From the human T2T-CHM13v2.0 reference genome, Homo sapiens: 64,000 nt of DNA. Each line of letters starts with the position of its first letter. Positions within the stretch are counted from its first letter, which is position 1. The position numbers and the translations under genes are program-made. Below the pieces are notes generated by a model. That model was not told the DNA's origin and searched no databases. It saw nothing but the letters and a program-made list of their open reading frames with translations. Of this stretch, positions 24,387 through 36,591 are shown one piece after another. The stretch lies in NCBI RefSeq assembly GCF_009914755.1, contig NC_060933.1. One strand, given 5' to 3'.

Positions 24387-25304
24387 GTGAGCATTCTCTA
24401 TTTGTCATTGCATTTTGGGATGTTCCTGTTTCAATAGATGTTTGTGGTCAGAACTTGTTTTAATTGCTTTTAATTTTCATATCTTTCCCCTTCTGTCATC
24501 CTTAAAAAATTATTTAATCAAAGGTCATTTTTCTGGAATATTACTCTCTTTTCCTCCCTCACAGAGGGAATCTAATGTTTCTGACACCATCAGCCAGTTG
24601 TCCTATCTTAGGAAGGTTTCATCTTTCCTTTCCAGGAAAAGAAAATTAAATAATACTAACTTATTCTCACACACTCACTCCATCTTTCTCTTTAGAGGAT
24701 ATCTTGGGCCCATAAATGGGTGGCTGGGTAGATGGACAAAGCTCTCACAATCTACTGAATAGAATAATATATTTTAAAAACGCTTTCCAACTGTATGTAT
24801 CCAAAATTTATAAATGGCCTCATGTTTAAAGACGTTAGTATTTGGTAGACATCTCTAGATAGTTTTAGCTAAATAGCATGTGCTCTTAATTAAATTACTT
24901 TCCACTTCCAGGATGAACCCTCAAATTATTTTATCATGATCAGTTTTGAGATTTCATAAATTTGATGTTTAAAATGAGAGGATTATTTTTACTCTCTGGA
25001 AAAATAGGTAAGCAAATTGATTCAAAGTGAATTAGAAAGCAAATGTTTTATAATAAGAAGGATAATAATATAGTAATGATAACCCAGATAAATAAAATTG
25101 ACCTTACTGTTTAGTGAATTTGTTTCCTTGAGAGACCAAGGGAGACATTATGGTCACCCCGCCTTATTAGTGAGCCCTTATTCTTGGTTATGTAGCATGG
25201 AAAGTAATTTATGAACTTGGCGTTTGAGGTCTTTCACTCAAGATAGAGTTGGTTTGTAATTTAATATGATTTCAGATACATTCTGCAAATCGGGGGACTA
25301 AGAA

Positions 25305-25611
<307 letters not shown>

Positions 25612-26344
25612 TGAGCTAAACTGTTACCCCAAAACTAGACAGCAATCTACTAATTTGCTGAAATTGAATACTATTTTTCCTAATTCTAATCTTTTAAAAG
25701 GTTGTAAAACAGATAGAACCAGATTAGATTTACATACTTTTTAATGATTTAATCCAAACAATAATCAAAGATTAAAAGAGTCTCTAAATTTGACAGAACA
25801 CAGAAACCAACATTGTTTTACTTCTCTACATTTGATTCCTCCCTAATCCTATCAGTTGATATTTCAATTACATTCATAGTAATTTTATAATCTCTTTATC
25901 ATTATTTTTAGACAAAATCTTTTTTCTATCACTAGGCAGTGACGCTGAAATTTATATTCCCTTGTTTTGTCTATGGTAGAAGAGGTGTTTATCTAATATC
26001 TGCGCTGGGCAGAGGGTGGGTGAAGAGGCAGCTGGAAGTAACAGAACCAACTGAATCACCCACAAGTAATGTTCAGAAATGCTCCTCCTTTTGAAAAAAA
26101 GAGAATTTGTGTGAGCTCTTTCCTACTACACAGGTGGTCTGTCTGGTGAAAGGAAAAGAAACGTTCCAGCAAAACAAGGACCATGTGTTAAGAGGGCTGT
26201 TGATCCCTCAGTCTGCAAAGCACAGACTCCTTCTGTGCAGGAACTTCCGCAGATATGAGTTCTTATACAGTTCGGTTAACCAAGGCTCCATACTGATCTT
26301 CAGAACTTCCCACTATGCCAGCTTGGCTTTAAATGGTTTAATTG

Positions 26345-26580
26345 CATCATCGTAGTGTTATGCTCAATCCACCAGGAATGTGGATTCACATCCCTATTCT
26401 GCCACTTCCAAGCTATCTGGCATGGGTCATGTTATTTAACTTCTTTGAGACTCTTTCCACATCTATAGCAAAGACGGAAGAAGCTGTTTCATAGACTTGT
26501 TGGGAAAGTTAATGAGTTAATGTCTGTGAAGGCCTTAGCACAGAGTATGGTACACAGAAAATGCTTCATCATGAGACAGT
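26345..26580 (+). mobile_element. MIR SINE
   Basis: attctgccacttccaagctat...ttatttaacttctttgag...ttagcacagagtatggtacacag. Confidence 0.65.
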
Positions 26581-28409
26581 ATTATTTACTTTATTTTCAA
26601 AATATGACCACCCATCCCTGGAGAACAGTGGGTCAGATTGCAACTAAAGAGAACCAGCAAAGGGCACTAGCTTGATGATTGTGTCAGCTGGAGCCTGCTT
26701 TATGTCTTTCATTGAGCAGCTGTGGGCCAGACTGAGTCTTTAGAAGCTGAGCCTTTTAATTTTCATACTTCATCTTACATTTCACAAATAGTTTATGCCC
26801 TTCTGTTTCATAACAGGTGCCAACATTTTTTCCTTAACTTGGTTAACTCCAGACTTCTTGTCTCTGCTTTTCCCAGCTGGACCTAGCATTTTCTTCCCTC
26901 ATCTCCCTAATAGGCTAAGACAGGAATCATATCAACATACACAGCATCTTGTTCCCACCATCTGGTTGCGTTTAGAGTTAATCCAGTCTCCCGGACCTGA
27001 GACCCATCTCATAGTCACAGGTACTCAACAGCAATGTCATGTGGCCCTCCAATGAACTGCCCCCCACACCCGGTGCTTCCAGAGGACCGTGAGACCATCC
27101 CCCACTTCCTTCTCCATCCCTTTGCCCCCTCACTCTCCCCCTCCACAACCACATCTGTCCCAAAGTTTAGAAGATGGGAGCAAGCCTTCCTTTTGGTCTG
27201 TAAATCTTTGAATGCCTAAGAGGTGATCCCATTCACTTCTAGAATCCTGCCATAAAGCCCAGCCTCAAACTGAGAGCTCTACTGCTCTGCCATATGCAGA
27301 CCCAATCTCCTTTCTGGGCTTGGGTCCACCCCACACCCAGTGACTGGGTATATCCTAACACTCATGGGAACGCCTCTCAGAGAATCACTACCTAAATCCC
27401 AATATTGGCCATTCACTGACAACACATTGCCCCAACCTCCTGTCTATTTGGAAACCCAGGCCCAATTACTGCCTAGGCTACAGCTAAGGTTGCCCCAGCC
27501 TTTCTTATCTTAAGTGCCCCCAAGGGTCTCCACAGCCTAGTCGGTGACTCTGGCCCTTGTTTCCCCATTGGTCTTCAGTGTGGTGCCAGGTCCCACTGCC
27601 TCTCCTACCCAAGCCAGCTTTGAGCTGTCTCAGCCTGCTTTTGGGCTGGCACATGCTAGAGTAAAACTACCCTGCAAGGTTAGCAGTGTAGAGAACACAC
27701 TGCCCCCAGTATCTATCTTTTAGTACTCTAGGGGCTGATGAGCCTTTTAGTCTGTGGGACCGATGTTGAGTTTCTCTCCGTGAACTCCAGGGAGCAGAGG
27801 AAACGATGAGAAATGTTTCCAACTACTCTCAAACTGCAACACACTCCCGCTAATTAGATTATCTTCAAAGCTTCTCATTTCTAAAAAGTTCAAATGTCAG
27901 AAAGCAAGTAATTAACTAAACCTTACATTATGATGCTTTTTGGTAAGTTGCTTAAAGGGGCTTTAGTTCTTTTTTCTTTTTTTCTTGATCATCAACAGAT
28001 GCTCAGAGGCTTCCAACTGCCTCTGATTCCTCCCTATGCTTCAAATACATCATTGCACTTCCCAGCAGCTAAATTTGTGATCTGCCCTTTACTAACACCT
28101 CTGAAACAAGCTTGAAGCAAAGCCTCTGCACCCACTCAGGTCACAGACAGGCCTCTGGCCCCATCTTCAGGAATCAGACACTGTCTCAGGGTAGAAGCAG
28201 CACTCTAGGTGAAAAAGATTTAGCCCCTGAGTTATGCTTTTGAGATTTTTTTTTATCAGACCTCCTCAAGACCCCAGGAAAATCCATTTCAAATCTATTC
28301 ATTAGCAAAATATTATAATCCCATCATCAGAAAAATATTTTCTGTATGACTCAGTCTATCACCATGGAGAGAAGTGATCCTGGCTTACTTTTAAGCTTTT
28401 TTTGATAGG

Positions 28410-29285
28410 CATTATTTTTTAGTGTAGTTTTAGGTTCACAGCAAAATTGAGAGGAAGATACAGAGGTCTCTCATAGTCCCTGTGCCTTCATATACATCAC
28501 TGTCCCCAGAGTCCATAGTTTAGATTAAGGTTCACTCGTGGTATTGTATACTGTATGGATTTGGACAAATGTATAATGACATGTATCCACCATTGTAGTA
28601 TCATACATTTTCATTGCCCTAAAAACCCCCTCTATATCCAGGCCAGGCATGGTAGTGCACACCTGTAATCCCAGCACTTTGGGAGGCAAAGGAGGGTGGA
28701 TTGCTTGAGCCTAGGAGTTGTAGACCAGCCTGGGCAACATGGTGAAACCCTGTCTCTACAAAAAATACAAAAATTAGCCAGGCATGGTGGTGCATGCCTA
28801 TGGTCCCAGCTTCTTAGGAGGCTAAAGGAGGAGGATAGGTTGAACCCAGGAGGCAGAGGCTACAGTGAGCCAAGATTGCACCAGTGCACTCCAGCCTGGA
28901 CCACAAAGTGGGACCCTTTCTCAAAAACAAAAAGCAAACAAAAAACTCTCTATGTTTTGCCTATTCACCTCTCCTTCCCCCAAACCCGTGGCAATTACTG
29001 TTCTTTTTACTGTCCCCATAGTTTTGCCTTTTCAAGAATGTCACATAGTTGGAATCATAGAGTATGTAGCCTTTTCAGACTGGCTTCCTGCACTTTGTAA
29101 TATGTATTTAAGTTTACTCCGTATCATTTTGCGGCTTGATAGCTCATTTCTTCTTAGCGCTGAGTGATATTTAGTTGTCTGGATGTACCACAGTTTATGT
29201 ATCTACTCACCTACTGAAGGACATAGCTTGGTTGCTTTCAAGTTTTGGTGCTTATGAATAAAACTTCTGTAAACTTTCACGTTTT
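28410..29285 (-). mobile_element. Old L1 3' end (L1MC-like) interrupted by an Alu
   Basis: gtagttttaggttcacagcaaaattgag...ggatgtaccacagttt...gttgctttcaagttttgg. Confidence 0.8.
28641..28944 (+). mobile_element. Alu (AluJ-like)
   Basis: ggccaggcatggtagtg...A-rich tail; flanks aaaaaccccctctat and aaaaactctctat. Confidence 0.95.
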
Positions 29286-29929
29286 TATGCCACCTTCCAC
29301 CCCCTCCCACACATCTAATAACTGAGTTAAGATTCTCTTGCAGTCGCCCAAGAGCACTGCTTTAAGATTCATTTCTTCTTCTCCCCTCTCTAGCTGGGAC
29401 AAAGAATGAAAAAAAAGGAGGAAGGGGGAAGATTCATTCCTGATGAGGAATTCACTGACCTACTGTTTTCGTGCATGGCACTTGGCAGTGCCACCCCATT
29501 TCCTGAGTTAGATGGCCCTCTGTAGATTTGGGATTTTTATTTGTTTTTTTATTACCCAGTAGCAGAGGGGTGACTAATACTGAATACTTTAATGGGGTTT
29601 CCTGTGGTCTCAAATATCCATGGGAGAATGTCAAAGGATCCTTGTTCATGTAACATCTTGTTCATTTTTCACAGACTTTATCTTCAGGGCTTAAAGATAT
29701 ACCCTGGTGCTGACAGAATCAGGCAGACCAGGGTGTGGGCTAATCTACCCATCTTAGAGCATTGAGAATTCTCTTCATTTCCTCTTCTCCAGTCTGGCTC
29801 ATCTGGGTTTGCTCCTGGTGCACTTCCTAGGGTATATCCCCTGAGATACAATCAGGTTCTAGTTATATAGGAACACTTTTTACCTAATCTTTTTTTTTGT
29901 AATGTGTTGTTAATCAGTTACTTTTTAAA

Positions 29930-30380
29930 ATTTAATTTTCTTGGAGCTCTTTAATTTTCTATCATTTCAAACTCAGACAAAATCTGCAGGAAAACTACAA
30001 AGAACTCCTATATACTTTTCACCCAGCTCTACAAATTAAGATTTTGCCATGTTTGCTTTATCTACCATTTAAGAATAGGTTGCAAACATCATGCCCCTTT
30101 ACCATTAAATATTTTAGTGTGTATTTTATAATCAAACACATTCTTCAGCATAACTATAGGATAATTACGGAGTTCAGGAAATTTAATACTGATACAACAT
30201 TATCAACTTACTTTCGGTCCATACACCAATGTTTCCAATTGCCCCAATAACAACCTTTATAGATATGTGTTCTTCTGGACCAAGATTGAATCTTGCATCC
30301 CTGGTAGCATTTGATTGTCATGCCTCTTTCATCCACTTTAATCTGGGTCAGTTCCTCAACCCACCTGAATGTTTTCTTGC
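29930..30380 (-). mobile_element. Old L1 3' fragment (L1MC/L1ME-like)
   Basis: atttcaaactcagacaaaatctgcagg...acttttcacccag...aggaaatttaatactgatacaa. Confidence 0.6.
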
Positions 30381-30682
30381 TTTGGAAATTGACAAATTGA
30401 GAATATAGTAAGTTTTTATAGTGAGCTGTTTCATCGGCTCACTGCTCCTAGAGCCCAAATGTTTCCCTAGAGATAATTTTCCAGTTATTCAACACATGTC
30501 CTCTCTCCCTAGATTGTTAGACGTGTATGTCAGCATTCAGACAAGAATCACACTTGGCTGCACCGACTGTATCCCAACTGCTACAGTCACATCCCCTCTG
30601 TTCTAAGAGGGCAATCTGAACAGTGTGATTTACAAGCCAATTGTTGATAGGATTAAAAGTTATTCTCAAAAGAGCAGAAGCA

Positions 30683-31470
30683 TTTTATTTGTATAAATGT
30701 ATGTGGTACAAATACAGTTTTGTTACAGGCATAGATTGCATAGTGTTAAGTGAGGATTTTAGGGTATCCATCCTGGCGTAACATACATTGTACCCATTAA
30801 GTAATTTCTTACCTTCCATACCCCCTCCTACTCCCTCACCCTTCTAAGTCTCCACCGCCTATCATTCCACTCTCTGTATCAGTGTGTACACATTATTTAG
30901 CTCCCACTTATGAGTGAGAGCATGTAGTATTTGTGTTTCTGTGTCTGACTTGTTTCACCTAAGATAATGACCTCCAATTCCAACCATGTTGCTGCAAAAG
31001 ACATAATTTCATTGTTTTTATGGATGAATAGTATTCCAGTTTGTATGTACATATGATACTTTCTTTATTCAGTCATCCGCTGATGGGCACTGAGGTTGTT
31101 TCCTTATCTTTGCTACTGTTAATAGTGCTAAGATAAACATACAAGTGCATCATCTTTTTGATATATTGATTTCTTTGCCTTTGACTAGATACCCAGTAAT
31201 GGGATTGCTGGATCAAATGGCAGTTCTATTTTCATTTTTTTGAGAAATCTCCACACTGTTTTCCATAGTGGCTGTGCTAGTTTACATTCTCACTAACATT
31301 GTATAAGAGTTCCCTTTTCTCCACATCCTCACCAACATCTGTTAATTTTTGTCTTTTTAATAATAGCCATTCTGACTAAGATGATATCGTGTAGTTTTAA
31401 TTTGCATTTCTCTGCTGATTAGTGATGTTGAACATTTTTTTTATATACCTGTTGGCCATTTGTATGTCTT
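30683..31470 (-). mobile_element. L1MA-like element, 5'-truncated
   Basis: L1 3' UTR and ORF2 end on minus strand; TSD tctcaaa(a)gagcagaa at 30664-30679 and 31470-31484. Confidence 0.9.
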
Positions 31471-31884
31471 CTCAAAGAGCAGAAATCTTTTATGTTACCT
31501 CCAGGCCATCTGGGGTGAGGTATTTATAGAACAGGGTAAATAATACCAGAACTCGGCAAAGTCAAAGCAATAGCAGTACCCATGACAGAACTGTGACTCT
31601 TTGACCTGCACAATTTAAACTGAGTGATGACTTTCTTCAAGCAGATCAGCTCCTACTACTGATGTCAAAGTAGACATCAGCTGTGCTTCTGACACAGAGA
31701 TTGAGCAACAAAGGAAAATTGTTTCTATAAAATATTATATCTAAAATCTTCATCTTAGAGACAGATTGAGTCCCATAAAATCTCTTCCTTTTCTCTTTTT
31801 TCTTTTAAAATTTTTATGAATGAATTGTGAATTGTGAAGAAGTATATGAATAAACATTCACAGTCATGACAGGAAATTTCTTTT

Positions 31885-32631
31885 TATTTATTTATTATTA
31901 TTATTATTATACTTTAAGTTTTAGGGTACATGTGCACAATGTGCAGGTTAGTTACATATGTATACATGTGCCATGCTGGTGTGCTGCACCCATTAACTCG
32001 TCATTTAGCATTAGGTATATCTCCTAATGCTATCCCTCCCCCCTCCCCCCACCCCACAACAGTCCCCAGAGTGTGATGTTCCCCTTCCTGTGTCCATGTG
32101 TTCTCATTGTTCAATTCCCACCTATGAGTGAGAACATGCGGTGTTTGGTTTTTGTCCTTGCGATAGTTTACTGAGAATGATGATTTCCAATTTCATCCAT
32201 GTCCCTACAAAGGACATGAACTCATCATTTTTTATGGCTGCATAGTATTCCATGGTGTATATGTGCCACATTTTCTTAATCCAGTCTATCATTGTTGGAC
32301 ATTTGGGGTTGGTTCCAAGTCTTTGCTATTGTGAATAGTGCCGCAATAAACATACGTGTGATGTGTCTTTATAGCAGCATGATTTATAGTCCTTTGGGTA
32401 TATACCCAGTAATGGGATGGCTGAGTCAATTGGTAATTCTAGTTCTAGATCCCTGAGGAATCGCCACACTGACTTCCACAATGGTTGAACTAGTTTACAG
32501 TCCTACCAACAGTGTAAAAGTGTTCCTGTTTCTCCACATCCTCTCCAGCACCTGTTGTTTCCTGACTTTTTAATGATCGCCATTCTAACTGGTGTGAGAT
32601 GGTATCTCATTGTGGTTTTGATTTGCATTTC
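31885..32631 (-). mobile_element. Young L1PA (L1PA3-like), 5'-truncated, about 750 bp
   Basis: Near-consensus L1PA 3' UTR; (TAT)n tail; 20-bp TSD catg(ac/gg)aggaaatttctttt at 31865-31884 and 32632-32651. Confidence 0.95.
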
Positions 32632-32916
32632 CATGGGAGGAAATTTCTTTTGAAGTCGGGTACTTCATTTTTATAATGTGAACAGTGCTCCTTTCTCCCC
32701 TCCCTTTAGAAAGGAAAAGAACAATTTTCCTGTCATGTTGAAATGTTGGTTTGATTCTAACCTGTCAGCATGCCCTTTGGATAAAGATATTTAGTTGTGT
32801 TTTACTTCTTCGGTCTCCCCTGGTACAAATGTGTATATATAAATATCTGTCAACCAGTTGATGTAGTCCTTTGAGATCTTTGGGACTGTCATTAACTTTG
32901 CTTGTCCTTTGCTCAG

Positions 32917-33060
32917 AACTTCTGTTCAGTGCCGTGGAAGCCAGCTGCAATTTTGAGCAAGATCTCTGCAACTTTTACCAAGATAAAGAAGGTCCAGGTT
33001 GGACCCGAGTGAAAGTAAAACCAAACATGTATCGGGCTGGAGACCACACTACAGGCTTAG
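32917..33060 (+). CDS. MAMDC2: MAMDC2 exon 8 (144 nt, phase 1 to 1), MAM3 N-terminus ELLFSAVEASCNFEQDLCNF...GDHTTGL
   Basis: Acceptor tcctttgctcAG at 32915-32916; donor TAG|gtaaat at 33061; CNFE..C and DHTTG motifs. Confidence 0.95.
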
Positions 33061-33339
33061 GTAAATCAGAGATCTGTCTATGTGGGGACATCTTGGGTAG
33101 TCGTGAGCTTTATTGGCCATTCCTACTTCACACCTGCAAAGACATCGACTTAAAGAAAAAAGGCAGCTGTGAAGAAGCAAAGACAATCAGTAGTCTTGTG
33201 TTTGACCATTTTTAAAAATTGGAATTCAAGTTGCCGTGTTAACAAACATATTTGCTAGTTAATTAAACAGGCAAATCCTTGTAAAATATTTTGGAACTCA
33301 CTTTAGATGCAATACCTTTAAGGAAAAAAAATCTGTTGA

Positions 33340-33600
33340 ATTGTATTTATACGAAATCTCCAGAAGAGACATATTCCTACAGATAAAAAGCAGATTTCAG
33401 TGGTTGCCAGGGGCCGTGGCAGAGGGAATAAGAGTGTTTAAGTATGGGGTTGCCTTTGGGTGATGAAAATGATCTGGAACTACATAGTGGTGATGGCTGC
33501 ACAGCATTGTGAATGCTCAAAATGCCGCTGAATTGTGCACTTTCAAATGGATAAATGGTAAATTTTATACCATGTATATTTTACTATAATTTAAAAAATC
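33340..33600 (+). mobile_element. Old L1 3' end (L1MB-like)
   Basis: cagtggttgccagggg...gggtgatgaaaatgatctggaactacatagtggtgatggctgcacagcattgtgaat. Confidence 0.8.
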
Positions 33601-34290
33601 TATTCTGAGGGGAAAAGCTATTAAAAAATGTTGAGTGGACACTTGATGGATATATTTACAAGGAGCTTTTTGAAACAGGAGTCTGAGTGCTCCTTGTGTA
33701 GGGATTACCTATTAATTCAATGACAGCCTTTGTGGAGCCCAACCCAGTGGAGACAAGTGTGAAGAGCTTGATCTCTAGGAGTTCAGTGTCTCATTCACTT
33801 ACTCAACACATATTTATATACTGGAGACTGAGGTGAGTTTACCGTGGAGCTGGTGAAGCTTAGGTTCCAGGGCCCCTGCCTTCTACCAGCCTGAGAAAGG
33901 CCTTGAAAGAGCCCTCACAATTTTGTGCTTGTAATTTTGTATTCTTTTCTTAGAGGTTGCCTAACCTGTAGAAATAAAGGCCCTACCAAATCTATTCTGA
34001 CCTTGGGCTGATTAACTGGAAAATCATCTCTAGAGAACCATTTGAATTCTGGGAGCAGTGAACTGATGAAACGGGGAACTGTTTAGGGACAAAAAGACTC
34101 ACCATACTCTCAGTTTGTCAATTTTCAAAGTAATAAAACATTCAAGCGGATTAACTCCTGGGGAATACAATAGTGAACGAATCTGAAATGAATCCCACCT
34201 TCACTGGCAGACAATCTTTTCAAAGGGCAAGAGAAACATTAGACAAATATATACGCAAACAAACTTATAAGCACAGGTTGTGGTAAGTGC

Positions 34291-34871
34291 TGTCAGGGAG
34301 GAAAAACTTTTCCTCTACCCTCTTGGGTTCCATGTTTGGACCTGAGAATTAAAGTGATGTAAGACAGATTAACAAGAAAAAAATACAAATTTTATTTAAT
34401 ATTTTGACTTGCACTTGGGAGCCTTCATAAAAACAATGAAGACCCAAAGAAGCAGATAGGCCTGAGAGCTTCAACACCATTTTAAACAAAGGATGATAAA
34501 ATTGCGGAGAAGTAGCAAGACAAAAAAGGGTCAGGGGGCTTAAGTTTCCAGGGGCAGTAAATTGTGGGAAAGTGACTAGGAAATATATGGAGGAAACAAT
34601 GGAAGATGAGGGTTATGTTAGTAGGTTTGTTTGTACAGATCCATTTTGGTGTCAACTCCCAGTCTTTAGGGACAGAATGTTCCTCCCTTTCTGGGACAGG
34701 GAGAACACCTTGTTCACAGGAAATTTTATGACCTGCTTTTAAGTATAATAGAAAAGGGGAGGTCAAAGGATCCTTCCTGCCTCTGCTATTTCTCAAGTGA
34801 CTTTACCTCAAAATAATCAAAATGCCAAAGTGACATAGTTTGGGGTGGCATGTTCTGATCCCCTTCTTTCA
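34291..34871 (-). mobile_element. ERV1 solo LTR (MER34/MER39-like) within an L2 relic
   Basis: ctcaaaataatc...atgccaaagtgacatagtttggggtggcatgttctgatcccctt terminal motif; L2-like sequence on both sides (about 34150-35270). Confidence 0.7.
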
Positions 34872-35277
34872 CAGTAGAAAGAAATGAAGAGTGAGCTCTG
34901 AGACAGAATAGAGGGAAGAATCTAATTTGGGTTCAGGATTCAGGGAAATTTTCTCTGAGGGAAGCTGCCATTAGCTGGGAGAGTGGGAGTGACCCAGGCA
35001 GAGGGAACAACATCTGTGAAGGCCTCGAATTTGGAAAGAGCTGGTCACACCACAGAATAGGAAGGTCTGTATGGCTGCACCGTGGGGAGGAATGGTGACG
35101 AGGAGAATGGAGGAAAATGATGTCAGAGAGGGAGATAGATTCTGGGTGTGGCAGGCCACAGGAAGCATTTGGAATTTTATTATAGAGGACATGAGAAGCC
35201 ACTGAGAGGTTTTAAGCAGAAAAAACACAGATGAAACTGAGGTTTCAAAAAGGTTTTTCTGGCTGTTGTATGGCCAT

Positions 35278-35510
35278 CCATAATAGTCTGCTCAGGCAGC
35301 CATAAGAAAATACCACAGACTGGGTGGCTTAAACAACAGACATTATTTCCTCACAGTTCTGGAGGCTGTGAGTTCAAAATCAAGGTGCCATCAGGGTGGT
35401 TTCTGGTGAGGGGTCTTTTCCTGGCTTGCAGATGGCCACCTTATCCTGTGTCCTCATATGTCCTCTTGGTGTATGGAGGCATAGAGAGCTCTGGCATGTC
35501 TTTCTCTTCT
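35278..35510 (-). mobile_element. MLT1 LTR fragment
   Basis: aaataccacagactgggtggcttaaacaacaga...ctcacagttctggaggct. Confidence 0.8.
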
Positions 35511-36325
35511 TTTGAGTTAAATAACTGGGTAAAACTAAACTGTATACAAAGACTGAGGCACCCAAAAGAAAACTGACAGGAGGAGGAGCAGAAAAAAGAA
35601 AGAGAAAAAATAAGGTGTTATTATTTTTTTCTTTTCTGCCCAGGCTTTCCAGGATACACAAACTCATTTTAAATTGACCATGGGGATGGTGGGAGGGGGA
35701 GGTTCCTGATCTTATTTTTCTTTATGTTGTTTAGGAGGAATAAAGGAAGAACATAGATCTTTAGCACCTGGGAGGATCCATCTGATGAAAAACCTGCTCT
35801 TCAAGGGCAGGTTTAACATTTGACCAAGAGAGGAGTAGGCTCTGCCCAGACACACAAACTTCCACAAAGACTGCCAGGCCAGCCTGAAATCCCACCATCT
35901 CTATCGGTCACTAAGGAGATAATAAGGAAGAATCTGCTCTGGGCCTTCCATTCACTATGGTTCAGTCCTCGGAATGTACAATCTAAGTCAGATGGTTGAC
36001 CCAGGCAGCTGGTATCTCCAAGATGACTTCATCCTTTTTGTTTCATGAAAAGTGTAAATCCTAATTAATGACTGGAATCTGGGCATATTCTATAGAAAAT
36101 CTGTACTGGTTTATAAAGTTTACTTAGAATTGAATGAGGTATCATTTCAATAGAGGCACATGGATATTTTCTGTCACTTAAGCCACAGACATTAGAAAAT
36201 GCTTTCTATCATTTAAAGCATAGCTGATAGTCTTTGCTGTCTAGTTCTACTTTAATCATATTTTACCACTTGCTAATCTAGATTAGATTATTTTGCATTG
36301 CTGATATGCTTTATCTTCTTTGCAG

Positions 36326-36591
36326 GGTATTACCTGCTAGCCAACACAAAGTTCACATCTCAGCCTGGCTACATTGGAAGGCTCTATGGGCCCTCCCTAC
36401 CAGGAAACTTGCAGTATTGTCTGCGTTTTCATTATGCCATCTATGGATTTTTAAAAATGAGTGACACCCTAGCAGTTTACATCTTTGAAGAGAACCATGT
36501 GGTTCAAGAGAAGATCTGGTCTGTGTTGGAGTCCCCAAGGGGTGTTTGGATGCAAGCTGAAATCACCTTTAAGAAGCCCATGCCTACCAAG
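36326..36591 (+). CDS. MAMDC2: MAMDC2 exon 9 (266 nt, phase 1 to 0), MAM3 core GYYLLANTKF...KKPMPTK
   Basis: Acceptor tcttctttgcAG at 36324-36325; donor AAG|gtacag at 36592; CLRFHY motif. Confidence 0.95.
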
